Of a stretch of 64,000 bases of DNA, positions 47,261 through 62,300 are shown in pieces; within the stretch, counting starts at the first letter, position 1; every line of letters begins with the position of its first letter. This DNA is from Eledone cirrhosa (taxonomy: Eukaryota). The notes beneath the pieces are model-generated. The model was not told the DNA's origin. It searched no databases and saw only the letters and a program-made list of their open reading frames with translations. Location: NCBI GenBank assembly GCA_964016885.1, contig OZ024745.1:53444001-53508000 (forward strand), in the 5' to 3' direction. A program made the position numbers and the translations under genes.

Positions 47261-49948
47261 AATATATATATATATTCATGTGACACTAAATACTTAATAT
47301 TTCCTTTCAATGTTTCTGGCTTTATATCTCTAACGAGAATTGTGTGGTGCGGTGTTTCATAACATATTTCGTTCCACTACAATGTTTCAAAATATTTTTT
47401 CACGCCCCAGTATACAACATATCTTGTGCTAAAAATATCTCATCTAAATAATGCGTGAAACCATAACATATGCAATTTTTTCTTATATATATATATATAT
47501 CCAACCGTCAAATAATCAATGAACTAGAGCTGTAGTTACTACACTGTGTCCTCAAAACTTCTTTGAAATCTATACAATTATATTTGAACATAAATGCAAC
47601 GCTGGATCTTTGAATGGGGACACAGCTTCAGTAACGTGATATGTATGTTCCACCACTTATTAAAACGAATCTATAATTCTGTCAGAACTGAATCCTTATT
47701 TCCTTTAGCGGGGCACAGAGCCAATTTTTACCGATAAGAAGTACAGTCGATTGAATTTACTCTAATGTATTGCTAGCATCCATTATATCGATCCTAAGTG
47801 TCGACGGGGGTTTAAATGTAAAATTAATCCAAGCAGCGCTTTGACTCAAAGCTTATTGGGGTGCATCTAAATATTGTAAATCATTTAATCCGTCGACCGA
47901 CAGTCACTGCCAAAACACTGTCATTAACTTGGCATTTATTACTTTGCGTTAACTTTTCGTGGAAACCTAAAAGGGGAAATTAACACCAGAGATTTAAATA
48001 TATGAGGATATCGTTACTGTCAATCGTTAAGTCTTAATTGAATGAGAAAACCTACTCATCTCTTTCTGGCCTCATATAGGACATTTAGTCATTAAAATTG
48101 GTAATCAACTGACCTTTGATGTTCATCTCTTTACTGTCTCTATTTGTCATTTTAGTTGTTTTCGTTGTTTGGGATTTGCTATATTTTGCTGTTGTAACAA
48201 GTCTTCACCCTTACCTCAGTTTTTCTCGAACACAACATTGTGTTTGTATTTATAATTTAACAACATATGCCGAGTGAAATTTATGAATTTTAACTTAGCC
48301 TACTGTTCTGTCCATAAAACATTTGTATCATACCTAATCAGCTATTGTGTTTCATTTGCAGTAAACCTTAGTTCACAAAAACAGAGAAGCAACACTATAC
48401 CCCTCCGATTTTACAATAAATACATTTGCATCATCGGGCGTTAACTTTTCTATTAGAAATTTCCCTCGGCCGCAGTTCCTCCTTATATTGGTTTCTAACT
48501 GTGATACAGGGAAGTGATACAGTCAACTGAATCAATCCAAATGCTGCATACTGATAAAATACTATGTCGTTCTCGCAAGACTTGAACTCAATATATAAAG
48601 AGACAGTACTAAATACATCAATACATTTAGTCTGGTAGTGTAATGTTTCTGCAAATGCAGTGCACTATATAATTAATGAAACTATTGTCTACTGGAATGA
48701 CAGGGTATCATAAAGCTAGTAGTGTTTAATTTTCTATTCCATGCGTAAGACACTAATTTGTGATAGGTAGCGTTACTAAAATATTTAATACCTACTTAAG
48801 TAAAGCTAGGAGAACTGAGATATGTAAAGATTATGTTTCCTATATAGAGTTTCAACAAAATGCCAGCAGCGGATATAGACTCATCATTCATAAACAGGTA
48901 GGCCAATATATTATTCAATAGGTAATTCTTTTTACCTTTGCAGTCACTCTATTTATTATAAGTAGTTATTTCACAGCTTCCTATAAAGAGAAATTTCTTT
49001 TTCAATTATACCGTGTAGTTCCACAAAACTTCAATACTTGCTCAGTTGTGTTCAGTTAAAGATTTAATGATGGTAAATTACTGTTTTACTTGTTAAAACA
49101 AGTTGGTTATGAGATATATCTATAAAGAATAAGCTTGTTAGAAGGTAGAATCGAATTTACAATCACATTCGAGGATCAGAAAACTGATAGCTCTGGTTAC
49201 TGATATAGTCTCAGTGCCTAGACACCAATATGCTGTCATTCTGGAAGCTATTTTTTAATTATTAATTTATTTCTTAAGTTAATAAGTTCACGTAGCACAA
49301 AACGATATTATATTCATACTTTCTTGATAGTTAGACTAAAATAGTCTTGATAGTTAGACTAAAATAATTACACTACAACATCTAGGTCAATACAACAGAT
49401 TAAGCAGAATACAGTACATGTAAACTACTCTCATTCAAAATGTACTGTGCACCAACAGCATAGCAATTCGGACATATTTTCTCTTTTTTTTTATGCAAGA
49501 CTAGTATCAACGTGTTTAGTTGCAGTAGGAGGGGAAAGTTCGACGTTTCGATCTCATGCCTTTCCTTGGGAAAGTATAAAGAATGTTCCATTTGTTGTAT
49601 TTGAAAATATATTTTCTACCATCTTTGTTGGGTTATCACTGTCAACAGTACTAAGTATATCAGTATCTTCATATTATTCAGTCGTGTGGATTAATACACT
49701 TCATTATTATGTTTTCAACTGTTGTTTAGTCCCTGGTCAGCCATGTTTGAATTGGTGTATGGTCAAATACATCCCAACTGTTGCCACCCTATCTAATATA
49801 TCAGGTACTAGAGTGTCCTCTCTATCTGTCTTTTTTAAGATGATGTGGTGTAATTCGATGGAAGTTTGACTGCTATTATGAGCAAAGTAGGTTTATCGAC
49901 CACCTACCTACTCCCTCGCTTCCTTGGTTCTTTTCAGTTTTTTGTTTG

Positions 49949-50281
<333 letters not shown>

Positions 50282-50656
50282 TAAGTAAGTGAAATGAAAT
50301 ATTGACGCTGGACATATGAGTAGCTCTAAAATATTAATCTCTCACACATCGACAAGTCTCTAGAAACATCAACCTGTACTCAATACCTACAATTCCATAT
50401 TACAATACTCTCCTACTCCCTATAACCACGTGATATATTATTGCACATTTTGTTAAACAGTGAGTAGTCCTTCCATTTGGCACTAACTGGTTGGAAAAGA
50501 AGACTAAACTATTTTTATTTTTGCTTATAACTTATGTGCCATTGTAAAGTAGCTAACGATGTCAACTGCCCTATTTTATACGACTTTATCTGCTGCTTCT
50601 GTTCGTTGTTGTTGTTGCTGTTGTTGCTGTTGTTGCTGTTGTTATTGCTGTTGTTC

Positions 50657-50687
<31 letters not shown>

Positions 50688-51032
50688 AGCTGTTGTTGCT
50701 GCTGTTGTTGCTGTTTCTGCTGTTTTTCTTATCGTTTGTTATTCTGGATGAATTTTCACAACGATAATGAAAGGACATGTATAATAGTTTTCAATATTTA
50801 TTAATGGCTGAAGATATGTAGGTAGCGGGTCAGCTTCGAAGAAATAATAAATAAATAATAAAGAAAAAATAAAATAAAACAAAATAAAATAAAATAAAAT
50901 AAAACGCAAGCCAAAGTTTCAGTCAAATAACGTTTGATTGTATCGTGACATTAGAAACAGCATGCAAAGATGGTAAAACTCGACTGAGTTGTATAAATAA
51001 TTGAATATATATATATTATATTATATTATATA

Positions 51033-51186
<154 letters not shown>

Positions 51187-53403
51187 ATATGAAGGTTAAA
51201 AACTTGCTTTGGACTTGTTACTGTTGTTCTATAACACATTTGTATCGTGTAGACTGGGAAGTCTGCCAGCTTTCGGGGAACTTCTAATGCAATCATTTTT
51301 GACGCGTTTGAAATATCGATGGCTAACACCAATCTCATGACGACCCCCAGTCTGAGGGAAATTAAATTTCCACCAATTCCCTTTCTCATCTCTCTATCTT
51401 TCTCTCACTCTCTCTCCCTTTATATATATTTATATATATTTATATATATATATATAGAAAGAGAGAAAGAGAGAGAGCGATAATTTATACAGTATATATA
51501 ATATAAATACACATTTATATATATATATTTGTGTGTGTGTAAGTATATATATATATATATATATATCATAATTTCTCCCACACTCACTTCCTCTTATCTC
51601 TTCACCTCTGGCTCCTTAGTTCTCACTCTCTAGTTCTGTACCATACCTTCGGTTTCCTTTTCATTTGGTTTGTCTCTGTATTCAAATATCTCTCTATGTA
51701 TCTATGTCGCTATCTATCTATATCTATAACAACATTGCAGGAAAATTGTAACGTATTGCAAGAGAGATAAGAACTTGGCGTAACTTCACTGTCCAGGTAA
51801 AGATTGTGTTGTCTTCTTTAATTAAAAGCTATTTCTGCAGTATTATTATCACCATTATGGCTGAGTCGTTAAAACATCGCGCGGGGGGGGGGAGATACAT
51901 TGCAGTATTTGTTATTCTTCTTTATGTTGTGAGTTCAAATAAGGCTAAGTTCAACATCCTTCCATTTGTCCGGGGTTGAGAAAATAAAGTACGAGTTAAG
52001 TACCGGTATCGATATAATCGACTTTCACCTTCTAACCAATTGCTGGCCTTGTGCCAATATTAAAAAGAATTATTGTTGTTGTTGTTGTTGTTGTTGTTGT
52101 TTTGTCACTCGTTCTCTAAGGAGGCGTGTTCTTTAGCTCCATTGATTTGGATTTTTACCAAATATAAATGAAAACCTTTTTATTATTTTGTATAATTTGA
52201 CAAGTGAATTATTTCCTAACAGTCTGTGGCCTGTCACATACTCTAGTGCCCCAATATTTAGGACAAGTTCATCTTTATTGATCTTTTAGTCTACACTTTG
52301 CTCTTTTTTTTCTTTTTGCGTATTTTTCTTTCTTTTTATAAACTTGGCTACTTGTCATAAAAAGGTATAACACGCTCTGAACAACCAAACAAACAAAACA
52401 TTACTGGTCACAATTGAAACAAAACAAAATTACATAGAATACACAGATGTTCAAAACGAGCAAAACTGAAGTGAAGCTTGAAGAGAAAGCAATGATGTGG
52501 AATAGAAAATATATAAAGATAAGGTGACAACAATAACAATGATGCTAATACACATAGTTAAGCGAAGACATTCATGATATTTACAAATGGGGTTAATTTG
52601 ACTCACTTGACAAGCCATGCTGAGACTCTGCACAAGAGAATCTTACTTGAAAAAAGTCCTTCTCTGAAGATCACATCAAGAGAAATGTTATCAAAACAAT
52701 ATTTACAATATTGGGTGCAGCGTAAACCGATATACGTATGCATTTTTAAAGATGCAGGGCTTTCAGGTGCCTTCAAAATTGCAACAAGATGCTCTCCATG
52801 ATGTATCAAGAAAGTTCCCCTCTTTTGTATAACTTTTTTTGAGCCCGCCTCTCGAGTTTATATAACATGTTTGGCGTCCCAAACGCGTCTCTGTAATTTT
52901 CTTTTTTTTAATATATGTTTTTATGTATAAAACTATCATAGTACCCGTCAAAAGTGACGGAGTTTATTGTAGAACATATTTAATTTAATAATTCCTTGAT
53001 TACAACCTTCCATTTAACTTGCTTGAATCCTCGATTTCCCTTGACCTTCTTCTCACTCCGACCACCACGGTATATCTTTTTACAATCATTCAATCAATCA
53101 TAATTATGTTATTCCATATTGTCTTTAGTCATTATCAAACATGTATCCACTAAATTACGATGGGTCTGTTTCTACCTACTTGTCCATCTCCTTCCAACTG
53201 CTATTGTAATTTGTGATTTGTTGTTGTTATTGCTGTTGTCCGAAGATAGACACATTGGTAAATAAATATAGATAGCTATAAATTGACAGTGAGGAAGACA
53301 GACAGATAGACAGGTAGATAGTCAGATAGGTAAGTAGTTAGGTGGGTAGGTAGGTAGATAGATAGGTAGGTAAGTAGATAGGTATGTAGGTAGGTTGATA
53401 GAC

Positions 53404-53479
<76 letters not shown>

Positions 53480-53693
53480 TTCTTTATTTACCATAAAGGC
53501 ATAAAAAGAAGGGACAAATACAAAGGGGGAGTTTACATACAATCGAGTAAAAAGGGTATAAAATGAAAATAATCGAAAATAACCTCAAAAGGGAGGGGAC
53601 GTGATGGGGGTTGCACACACCCCCGAAAAAGTGTACAATCCTTTGCCCGGGGAGCACATGGAGAAGGTGCTCCCCTCTCCTTTACTTCTTTAC

Positions 53694-56600
53694 CTACAGG
53701 ATGGTATACAGAGAAGGCCCATTTACACGAGCCATTCTCGCCACTATCACCCACCTTTCATAAAACTGCCTGTGGCCAAGCACCTCTCTCTCCATTCTTA
53801 TCCTTCTTCCGAAGTGATATCGGAAGAAGTAGACCAGACTATGGCCAGAGAGGAAGTTGCCTGACCTCAGACCTTTCAATCGTGTCCACCAAACAACCTC
53901 TTTCAACATGGCTATTACGCACAGAAAAACCGCCTTTGCTTCCTTTGTGAAGAGGGGAGGCGGTTTGATTGTCATCACGGACTCGGCGGTCAATTGAATC
54001 GGCGCCACCCGCGACAGCAGTCGTTCGGCGTCGCCCCACAGATCAGCCACGCCCGGACATTGCACCAATGCGTGCGCAACGGTTTCTTCGTGACGCACGC
54101 ATCTAGGGCAAATCTTTTTTGAGGGATCCCTGCCCGGGCGCCCGTGTCTGTAGAGCCTCTCTCGAACGGGTAGAGCCCCCCGGTAGCACTGCCAGGCCAG
54201 TGACTTCTGGAAGTTGTCCATTGGTCCTGGGCCGAAAGTCCTACCGAACAGGCTGACCAGTTCGTCCTCTTCCATGTCCAGCGACTCTCCAAGGGTGTCA
54301 TCGCCCCTGCTAGCCACCAGCCCTCTATAGAATGATGAGGTGGATTCTCCACCGACGGCCTGGCCCGCTTGCCAGAGAGCCCTGAGCGCCTGGGCACACT
54401 CAGTGTGCCAGTCTCCCAGTTTTCCGGATCTTTGCTTGACCCAGGACTGCAGCTCGGTGAGCGAGACGAGTCTCGGAAAGGCTCGTTTCACGAACGGAGC
54501 CCACACCGGTTGACCAGTGAGGAATACCTGTAGGTGCCGTAGCCTTAATGCGTGCCTACGGCATCCCCAGCCCTCCTTTCGAAGGTTGTTGGCAGCAGAT
54601 GGATCTTCTCACCATAGGAGGGCGCTTCTTCCAAAGAAATTGGAAGAGCATGCGTTCCATGGTGGTGAGTGTTTCCTTAGGGCAAGGCACGACAGTCAGG
54701 CGGTAGTAAGTGACGGACGCTATGTAAATGTTCGCCACCTCCGCCCGCCCTTTTAGGGACAGCTTACACTTGGCCCATTTCTGGGTTAGTGCAAACACCT
54801 TGTTCGTAACCTCGTTCCAGTTCTTTTCCACCTGGAGGTCCGGTCCAAACCAGACCCCAAGCAACTTTACCGGGCCCTCCGTCGGGAGGCATCGGTCTGC
54901 CTCTCCACGTTCCGAGTTGCAGCCCGATGGATTTTTCCCGGTTCAGTTTCGCTCCTGACAACCTTTCGTAATCCTCCAGTAAGGTACCGATCGCCTCGAT
55001 CTCCGAGTCGGTCGATACCATTACTGTTACGTCATCGGCGTAGGCCGACACCGCTTTGCTCAATCCTGGTTCCAGGGGGATACCCTGCAACAACTCCAAC
55101 TTCCTCAGTAAAGGCTCGAGAGTCAATACGTACAGAAGGGAGGAGAGAGGGCACCCTGTCGAATGGATCGTGTGATTTCGAACGGCTTCGAAAGGTAGCC
55201 GTTCACCTTGATCCTAGAACAGATGTGGTTTCTATGTAAGGCAGTGATCCAGCCTCTGAAAACAGGACCGAACCCAGCCGCCGCTAGCACCGCATCCAGG
55301 TAACCATGGTCGACCCTATCGAAGGCCTTAGACTGATCCAAGTTGATCAGGGCCCCACCGAAGCCGGGTTTGTTGCCAACCCTCTCTATGATGTATCGCA
55401 TGAGGTGGAGGTTATCGTGAATGTACCTGGATGGGATAGCACATGTCTGCGCATCTCCCACCAGGCCACCCACGACAAGCGCCAACCTCTTTGCTAACAC
55501 CTTGGCCAAAATCTTTCACTCTGTGTTTAGCAGGGTTATGGGCCGAAAATTATTTATACTCTCTCCCTTGTTCTCGTCCTTCCTCACCAGCGTGACTACG
55601 CCCTTGGCTACAGAACAAAGAATTCTCCTGTTCTGCTGCCAATTGCAGTAGACCGCTTCGAGGAGTTCGGAGAAGAAGACCGGCATTGCTAAATAAAGTT
55701 CGTAAGGTATACCATCGAGACCTGGAGATTTTCGTCTGCTGCATTGGCTCAGCGCATCTCCGATCTCATCATCCGAGATTGGTCCCTCGCAGGACTCTGC
55801 CTCTTCGCTCGAGAGACGCGGCAGGCCGTCGAGGTATGGACCGAAATCCACGCCCCCGCCCGGACCCTCGCCTCCCCCGAACAATCGGGCAAAGTGCCTT
55901 TGAAAGGCCTCGCACATCTGCTTAGGCTCCCGGATCACCCGACCATCTTCGTCTTGCAACGACCGGATGGATGGTGGATCGATTTCCACTCTTAGCTTCT
56001 GTCACGCGGGCCCAGCCAACGTCTTTGGCCCCCTCATTACCTAGAGCACTTATTTAACTTCGAATGACGCAGCCTTCGTGCTTTGCATCGAAAAACTGGT
56101 TCAAGGCCGTCCTCGATGCCAGCACTCTGGCCACATCTTCGCTCTTGATTGCCTCTTCTAATTTACCTGTTAATTCTTTCTCGTTTCTATTCCTGTCGGC
56201 AGCTAACATCTTGCTATAACTTATTGATTCTGTTCTAATCTCTCTTTTGAGAGATGCCCACCATCGGTTGTTGACGATTGCACCCGTCAACCTCTCCTTA
56301 ACTAATCTGCTAATCCGGTTTCTGTAAGTCTCTTTTGCCGGTAAAGACAAATTAAGTTTCCAGTAACCGGGACCCTGTTTATGTGTTTTCTCGAGATTGA
56401 CTACGCAGGTCACTAATTTGTGATCCGTGTAGCCAACCGTGCGCATTTCTGGACAGCTTAATATGTCCCTATCCTTACTTCTAACTAAGAATCTATCTAA
56501 GTACGATCTAGATTGACCACTGTGGTTTCTCCAAGTCCAGGTAGGCACAGTTGGAAAATCTAGTCGATATCTATCGACCAAGTTAAAACGGTCGAGTAAC

Positions 56601-57098
56601 CCCTTGAGGCTGTTACACCCCTCTATTAGGACATGCTCCTGCATAGTCCCAACGTGCATCTAGGATGTCATTCCAATCCCCCGCTAGAAGCAGGGAACGC
56701 GACGTTCCCAGAAAAGTCTCCAAACGCTGGAAGAAGTCGGGCCGTTCAGCTCCGAAAGGGGAGTAGACGGCGACCAGTCTCAAGGCCGCACCTTCACTAC
56801 TGCCAACGTCTAGCCCCAACAAACGACCCTCCGGGTCCGAGTGCACAACCTGTACGGCAAGACCCAGGTGTTTTTGCAGCAGTACGACAACCCCACCCCC
56901 AGCTCCAGGTTGACAGAGAGATGCATGCACCTCAAAGTCATCGAAGGTAGGGGCCAGCTGCCGCACGACGCTGATTCGAGTCTCACAGATAACCATTACA
57001 TTTATACCACATGACCTGAGGTCATTTAGAAGCTTTGCTTGCTTCCAAGTTGAGCCCAGGCCACGTGCATTCAAACATCCTACTCTTAACACATCCAT
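53694..57098 (-). pseudogene. Tx1 ORF2 (APE endonuclease + RT), several frameshifts and small deletions
   Basis: Seven collinear ORF pieces, each closely similar to the intact ORF2 next door (LNARGL, GDWN, YLDRFLV, TDH, YADD, CPRC). Confidence 0.93.
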
Positions 57099-57131
57099 GT
57101 GGGCGGCAGAGCCAAAGGAGAGTGTAGTGAC

Positions 57132-59077
57132 CTACCTTTCCGCTTCCCGGGGTTCGGGTTGCACGACTTCCATGGGGTCGGGGGTGTTGGGTGAAGGGGT
57201 GTATTGTGGTGGTGTGGGGTCGTCAGTGTGTGGTGGGGTTGGGGTGTTTGGAGTTGTGTTGGGGAGGGGAAGGGGAGGGGGAAAGCTTTTTAGTAGGACG
57301 CGGTTTATGGGTTTGACAGAGGGTGGTCCTACGTCCTCCTTAAAATCCTTTTTTAGTTTTTGGTAGAGGTTCATTGGGATCTTTATTAATTTTAAATGTG
57401 GGTAGTTTTCTGAAGAAACAAAGTTTACACCTTCGGTTTGTACCGAAGGATTATTGTTTATGAGTTCATTTAATTTATTATTGTTTCTGTTGATGTAAGT
57501 ATAGTGTAATGTCTTTTTTTCGGATGGTGTGAGTGTTTCGAAGAGGGGAGGGGCAGGTTTGGTTTTTTTTGTTGCTGGAGGGGTGTTTTCTGTTTTGTTG
57601 GATTGTGTTGAGATTTGGGTGGGGGTTGTTTGGCCTTGTGTGTTTTGCACATGTTTTCTTTTTTTCCTTTTAATCTGTCTGAAGGACTCCGTTTCTTCCT
57701 CCGAATTCGTTGGGTTATCTTCAGTGTTGGAGGGAAGAGGTATGTTTGCTGGTAATGTTTCCGTGTTGGTTTTCTTTGTGGGAGAGATGGATGTCACTAT
57801 GTTAGACTGTGTTGTGTGTTGTGTCTGTGGTAGTTGTGTTGTTTTATTGAGTGAGGGGTTGGGTGGGCCTGTATTTTGTTTTGGGGTAATGTGTTGTGAC
57901 TGTTTGTGTTGTGGTGGTGGTGTGGTTTTACTGAGGGACGGGTTGGGTGGGACTGAGTTTTGTTGTTTGTTTATCTGTTGTGGTGGTGGTGGTGGAGCTG
58001 GTGTTGGTAGCAGGGTTTTATTTTTGTTGAGTTGGGGACAAGCGGCCTTCAGGTGCCCTCTGCCTGCACAGATATGACAGGACGGCCTTCTCCCCTCCAC
58101 GCTAATGCTTATATACCCGTGGCCCTCTAATAGGATTCTGTCGGGTATTTGGGCGATGCGTTCAGGCTTCATTTGCACTACCAGCTCTATACCTGTTCCA
58201 CTGAACGCATTGCCTGTGGTTTTCCCAATGGAAATCACGTTGTCATTCACTGGATCGATGAAGCCAGCTATGAGCCAGCAGTAGTTCCCATCTGGCATCA
58301 TTGCATCCAGCCATATGCGTTGAGTTCTTTTACCCATATAAGATGGATAAAAGGTAAAATTTTTCGAACGAATCGGTGACAAAGCACATTTTTTTGCCGC
58401 CGATTCGTTCTTCATGATAATTGCCAGGCTTCCATACAGTCTGTCTTTTCTTATGAAAGTGGTTTCATTAAGTACTTCTGTGAGTACTGTTTTGATATCT
58501 GCCTGAGAAGGCTGTTCAGGTTTTTTTTGTAGTGTTGTTGATGGTGCGGAACACGACCGTTCGACTTTCAATGTCTTTGGTGAGTTCTTGAGGCATTTTT
58601 ACCGATAAAATACCATTCTCTCCTTCACTTATGTATTGTTTGGCGTCTGTGATTCTTCGTGCCACATCTGAAATATTTTCGGGTATATATGTCAAAGATT
58701 TCTTTGTTGTTTGTGCAAATGAAATCTTGACTCTGTCGTCTGCTTTGCTTTCTGTTATGGTGTTATTTTCAAATGTTATTTTTGTGTTTGTTGTGTCTTT
58801 GTTTGTGGTGTTAGTATTGTCATGCAATTTTTCAAATTTTTTTTTTTTCGTTGTTGGAATCCATGTCCAGATTTGTGTTTTCGTCATTTTTTTCCGCAGA
58901 TTCGTCTGTTTTTATTTTAATTTTTCCTTCCTTCTCTATGACGTTAGTTGGGAAGGAAGGGGGGGCTAAAGCGTGCGAGCTTACAACTCTTACCGCTGTC
59001 CCCCCACCACTATTTTCGTTTGCTTCGTTTAACATTTCTGTCAGACGATTGAAAAAGTTTTTTTTTTTTTGCCACAA
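57132..59077 (-). pseudogene. Tx1 ORF1 (gag-like, CCHC zinc knuckle), frameshifted
   Basis: Overlapping ORFs 58832-59077, 58516-58887 and 57132-58571 include the knuckle CHICAGRGHLKAAC and a Pro/Thr/Gln-rich C-terminus. The breaks are near T homopolymers. Confidence 0.85.
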
Positions 59078-59279
59078 AATTTTAAGAAAACAGGTTTTTC
59101 ACCTCTAGGAGGGGTAAAGATGAGCTGACCCACCGTCTGACAGTTCAGATGGGGGGATCAAGCTACACAATAGTATCAAAATTAAATTTGAACTCACAAA
59201 ATTTCCGCAATAAATTTGAACAAAACTTCTGCGCGAAGTGAATTACATCCACACTGTAGAACAGACGACAGCTAGATTA

Positions 59280-59349
<70 letters not shown>

Positions 59350-59350
<1 letters not shown>

Positions 59351-62300
59351 TGTTTCTTTTATTTGCCACTAGGGCATCAAAAGTGGGACAAGTACAAAGG
59401 GGGGAGTTTACACAAAAAGGCGTCCTCAATAAGGAGGAGGCAATAACAAAATATAAAAATAAAATAAGATATAACAAAAAATAAAATTTTTAACAAAATC
59501 CTCAATAGAGAGGAGGCGCCTTGGGGGGTCGCACACACCCCCGAAAAAAGTGTGCAACCCTTCTCCTCAGGAACACAGAGAAGGGGTGCTCCCTTGGTCT
59601 TTCATCTTCCTCACCTATAGTCTGATGTAGAGTGAAGGCCCATTCACACGGGCCATTCTCGCCACTTTCACCCATCTTTCATAGAAACGGCTGGGGTGCA
59701 GCACCTCTCTCTCCATCCTGATCCTTCTTCCGAAATGATATCGGAAGAAACGGACCAGTTGTTGGCCAGAGAGAAAGGTGCCTGACCTCAGTCCTTTCAG
59801 ACGCGTCCACCATACAACCTCTTTCGCCATGGCTATTACGCACAGAAACACCGCCTCTGCTTCATCTTTGAAGGGGGGAGGCGGCTTGATCATTACAATA
59901 GACTCGGTGGTCAACCGGATCGGTCCCACCCTTGACAGCAGTTGTTCGACATAGCCCCACAGATCGGCTGCGCCCGAGCAGTGTACCAATGCGTGTGCAA
60001 CGGTTTCCTCGTCGCACACGCATCTGGGACAGATCTTTTTGGCGGGGTCCCTACCCGGGCGCCCCTGTCTGTAGAGCCTTTCTCGAACGGGTAAAGCCCC
60101 TCGGTAGCACTGCCAGGCCAGGGACTTCTGGAAGTTGTCCATAGGTCCCGGGCTGAATGTCCTACCGAACAGGCTGGCCAGTTCGTCCTCCTCCATGTCT
60201 AGGGCTTCTCCGAAGGCGTCGTCGCACCTGCTGCGTACCAGCCCTCTATAGAATGTTGCGGTGGAGTCTCCACTGATAACCGGATCCGCCTGCCAGAGGG
60301 CGGTGAGCGCCTGGGCACACTCAGTGTGCCAGGCGCCCAGTTTTCTCGGTCTTTGCTTGACCCAGGATTGCAGCTCGGTGAGTGAGACGAGTCTGGGAAA
60401 GGTTCGTCTCACAAACGAGGCCCACACCGGTTGTCCGGTGAGGAATACGTAGAGGTGCCGTAGCCTTAATGCGTGTTTACGCATCATTAGCCACGGCATC
60501 CCCAGCCCTCCTTTCGAAGGGTGTTGACAGCAGATGGATCTCCTCACCATAGGAGCCCGCCTCTTCCAAAGGAATTGGAAGAGCGCGCGCTCCATCTTGG
60601 TGAGGGTTTCCCTTGGGCAGGGCACTACGGTCAGGCGGTAGTAGATGACGGACGCTATGTAGGTGTTCGCCACCTCCGCCCGACCTTTCAGGGATAGTTT
60701 GCAACTGGCCCACTTCTGGGTCAGTGCAAACACCCTGTTCGTAACCTCCGCCCAGTTTTTCTCCACCTGGAGGTCCGGTCCGAACCAGACCCCGAGCAAC
60801 TTCACCGGGCCCTCCGTCCAGCGTCCGACGACGCCATCGGAGGGCATCGGTCTGCCCCTCCACGTGCCGAGTTGCAAACCGATCGACTTGTCCCGGTTCA
60901 GCTTAGCCCCTGTGAACTTTTCGTACTCCTCCAGTAAGGTGCCGACCGCCTCGATTTCGGAGGCCGTCGACACCATTACTGTCACGTCATCGGCGTAGGC
61001 CGACACCGCTTTCCGCAATCCCGGTTCCAAAGGGATGCCCTGCAACAACTCCAACTTCCGCAGTAGTGGCTCGAGAGTCAACACATACAGAAGGGAGGAG
61101 AGAGGGCACCCTTGTCGGATGGACCGCGCGATTTTGAACGGCTCCGAGAGGTAGCCGTTCACCTTGACCCTAGAGCAGATGCGGCTGCTGTGCATAGCAG
61201 TGATCCAGCCCCTGAAAATGGGTCCGAAGCCTGCCGCCGCTAGCACCGCATCCAGGTAACCATGGTCGACCCTATCGAACGCCTTAGATTGATCCAAGTT
61301 GATCAGAGCCCCACCAAAGCCGGGTTCGTTCCCAACCCTCTCTATGATGTATCGCATGAGGTGGAGGTTGTCATGGATGGACCTGGACGGGATAGCGCAT
61401 GTCTGCGCATCTCCCACCAGGTTGCCCACGACAAGCGCCAACCTCTTTGCTAGCACCTTGGCCAAAATCTGTAACTCTGTATTTAGCAGTGTTATGGGCC
61501 TGAAGTTACTTATTTCGTCCCCCTTGTTCTCGTCCTTCCTCACTAGCGTGACTACGCCCTTGGTCACAGTACAGGGAATTCTCCCGTTCTGTTGCCAGTT
61601 GCAGTAGACCGCCTCGAGGAGATCGGGGAACAAGTCCGGCATAGCTAGATATAATTCGTAAGGAAGACCATCGAGACCCGGGGATTTGCGTTTGCCGCAT
61701 TGGCTCAGCACGTCCTCTATCTCAGTGGCCGAAATCGGCTCCTCGCAGGACTTCGCCTCCCTGTCCGAGAGGCGCGGCAGGCCGTCGAGGTATGGACCGA
61801 AGTCCACGTTCCCAACCGGCTCCCCGCCCCTCCCGAACAGTCGGGCAAAGTGCCTTTGAAAGGCCTCACACATCTGCTTAGGCTCAAGAATCGCCCGTCC
61901 ATCCAGGTCTCGCAAAGACCGGATGGTGGATTTAGTTCCACTGTTGGCCTCTGTCACGCGGGCCCAGCTAACAGCTTTGGTCCCCTCGTTCCCTAGAGCA
62001 CGTATTTTACTTCGGACAACGCAGCCTTCGTGCTTCGCGCCGAAAAACTGGCTCAAAGCCGTTCTCGACGCTAGCACTCTGGCCACGTCGCCGCTTCTAA
62101 TTGCCTCTTCTACTCTATCTATTAGCTCCCTTTCCTTCCTATTCCTATCCGCAGCTAGAACCTTACTAAATTCTATCGAGACTACTCTAATCTCTCTCTT
62201 TAGAGATACCCACCACCTGCTGTTGACGATCGCTCCAGTCAACCGTTCCTTAACTAACGTACTAATCCGATTCCTGTAGGCTCTACTTGCCGGCAAGGAC

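Larger units (their letters stand above)
53479..59272 (-). mobile_element. Full-length (~5.8 kb) Tx1/L1-clade LINE flanked by (GATA)n on both sides
   Basis: It has a ~200-bp 5' UTR, ORF1, ORF2 and a 3' UTR ending AAATAAAGAAA(TCTA)n. GATA tracts lie at ~53270-53478 and 59273-59349. Confidence 0.93.

Noticed and set aside
51215-51360. LINE RT remnant (LVLAIDISNA) and other faint TE traces at ~22.4, 47.4 and 52.8 kb
   Set aside because: They are too short or decayed to classify without a database search.
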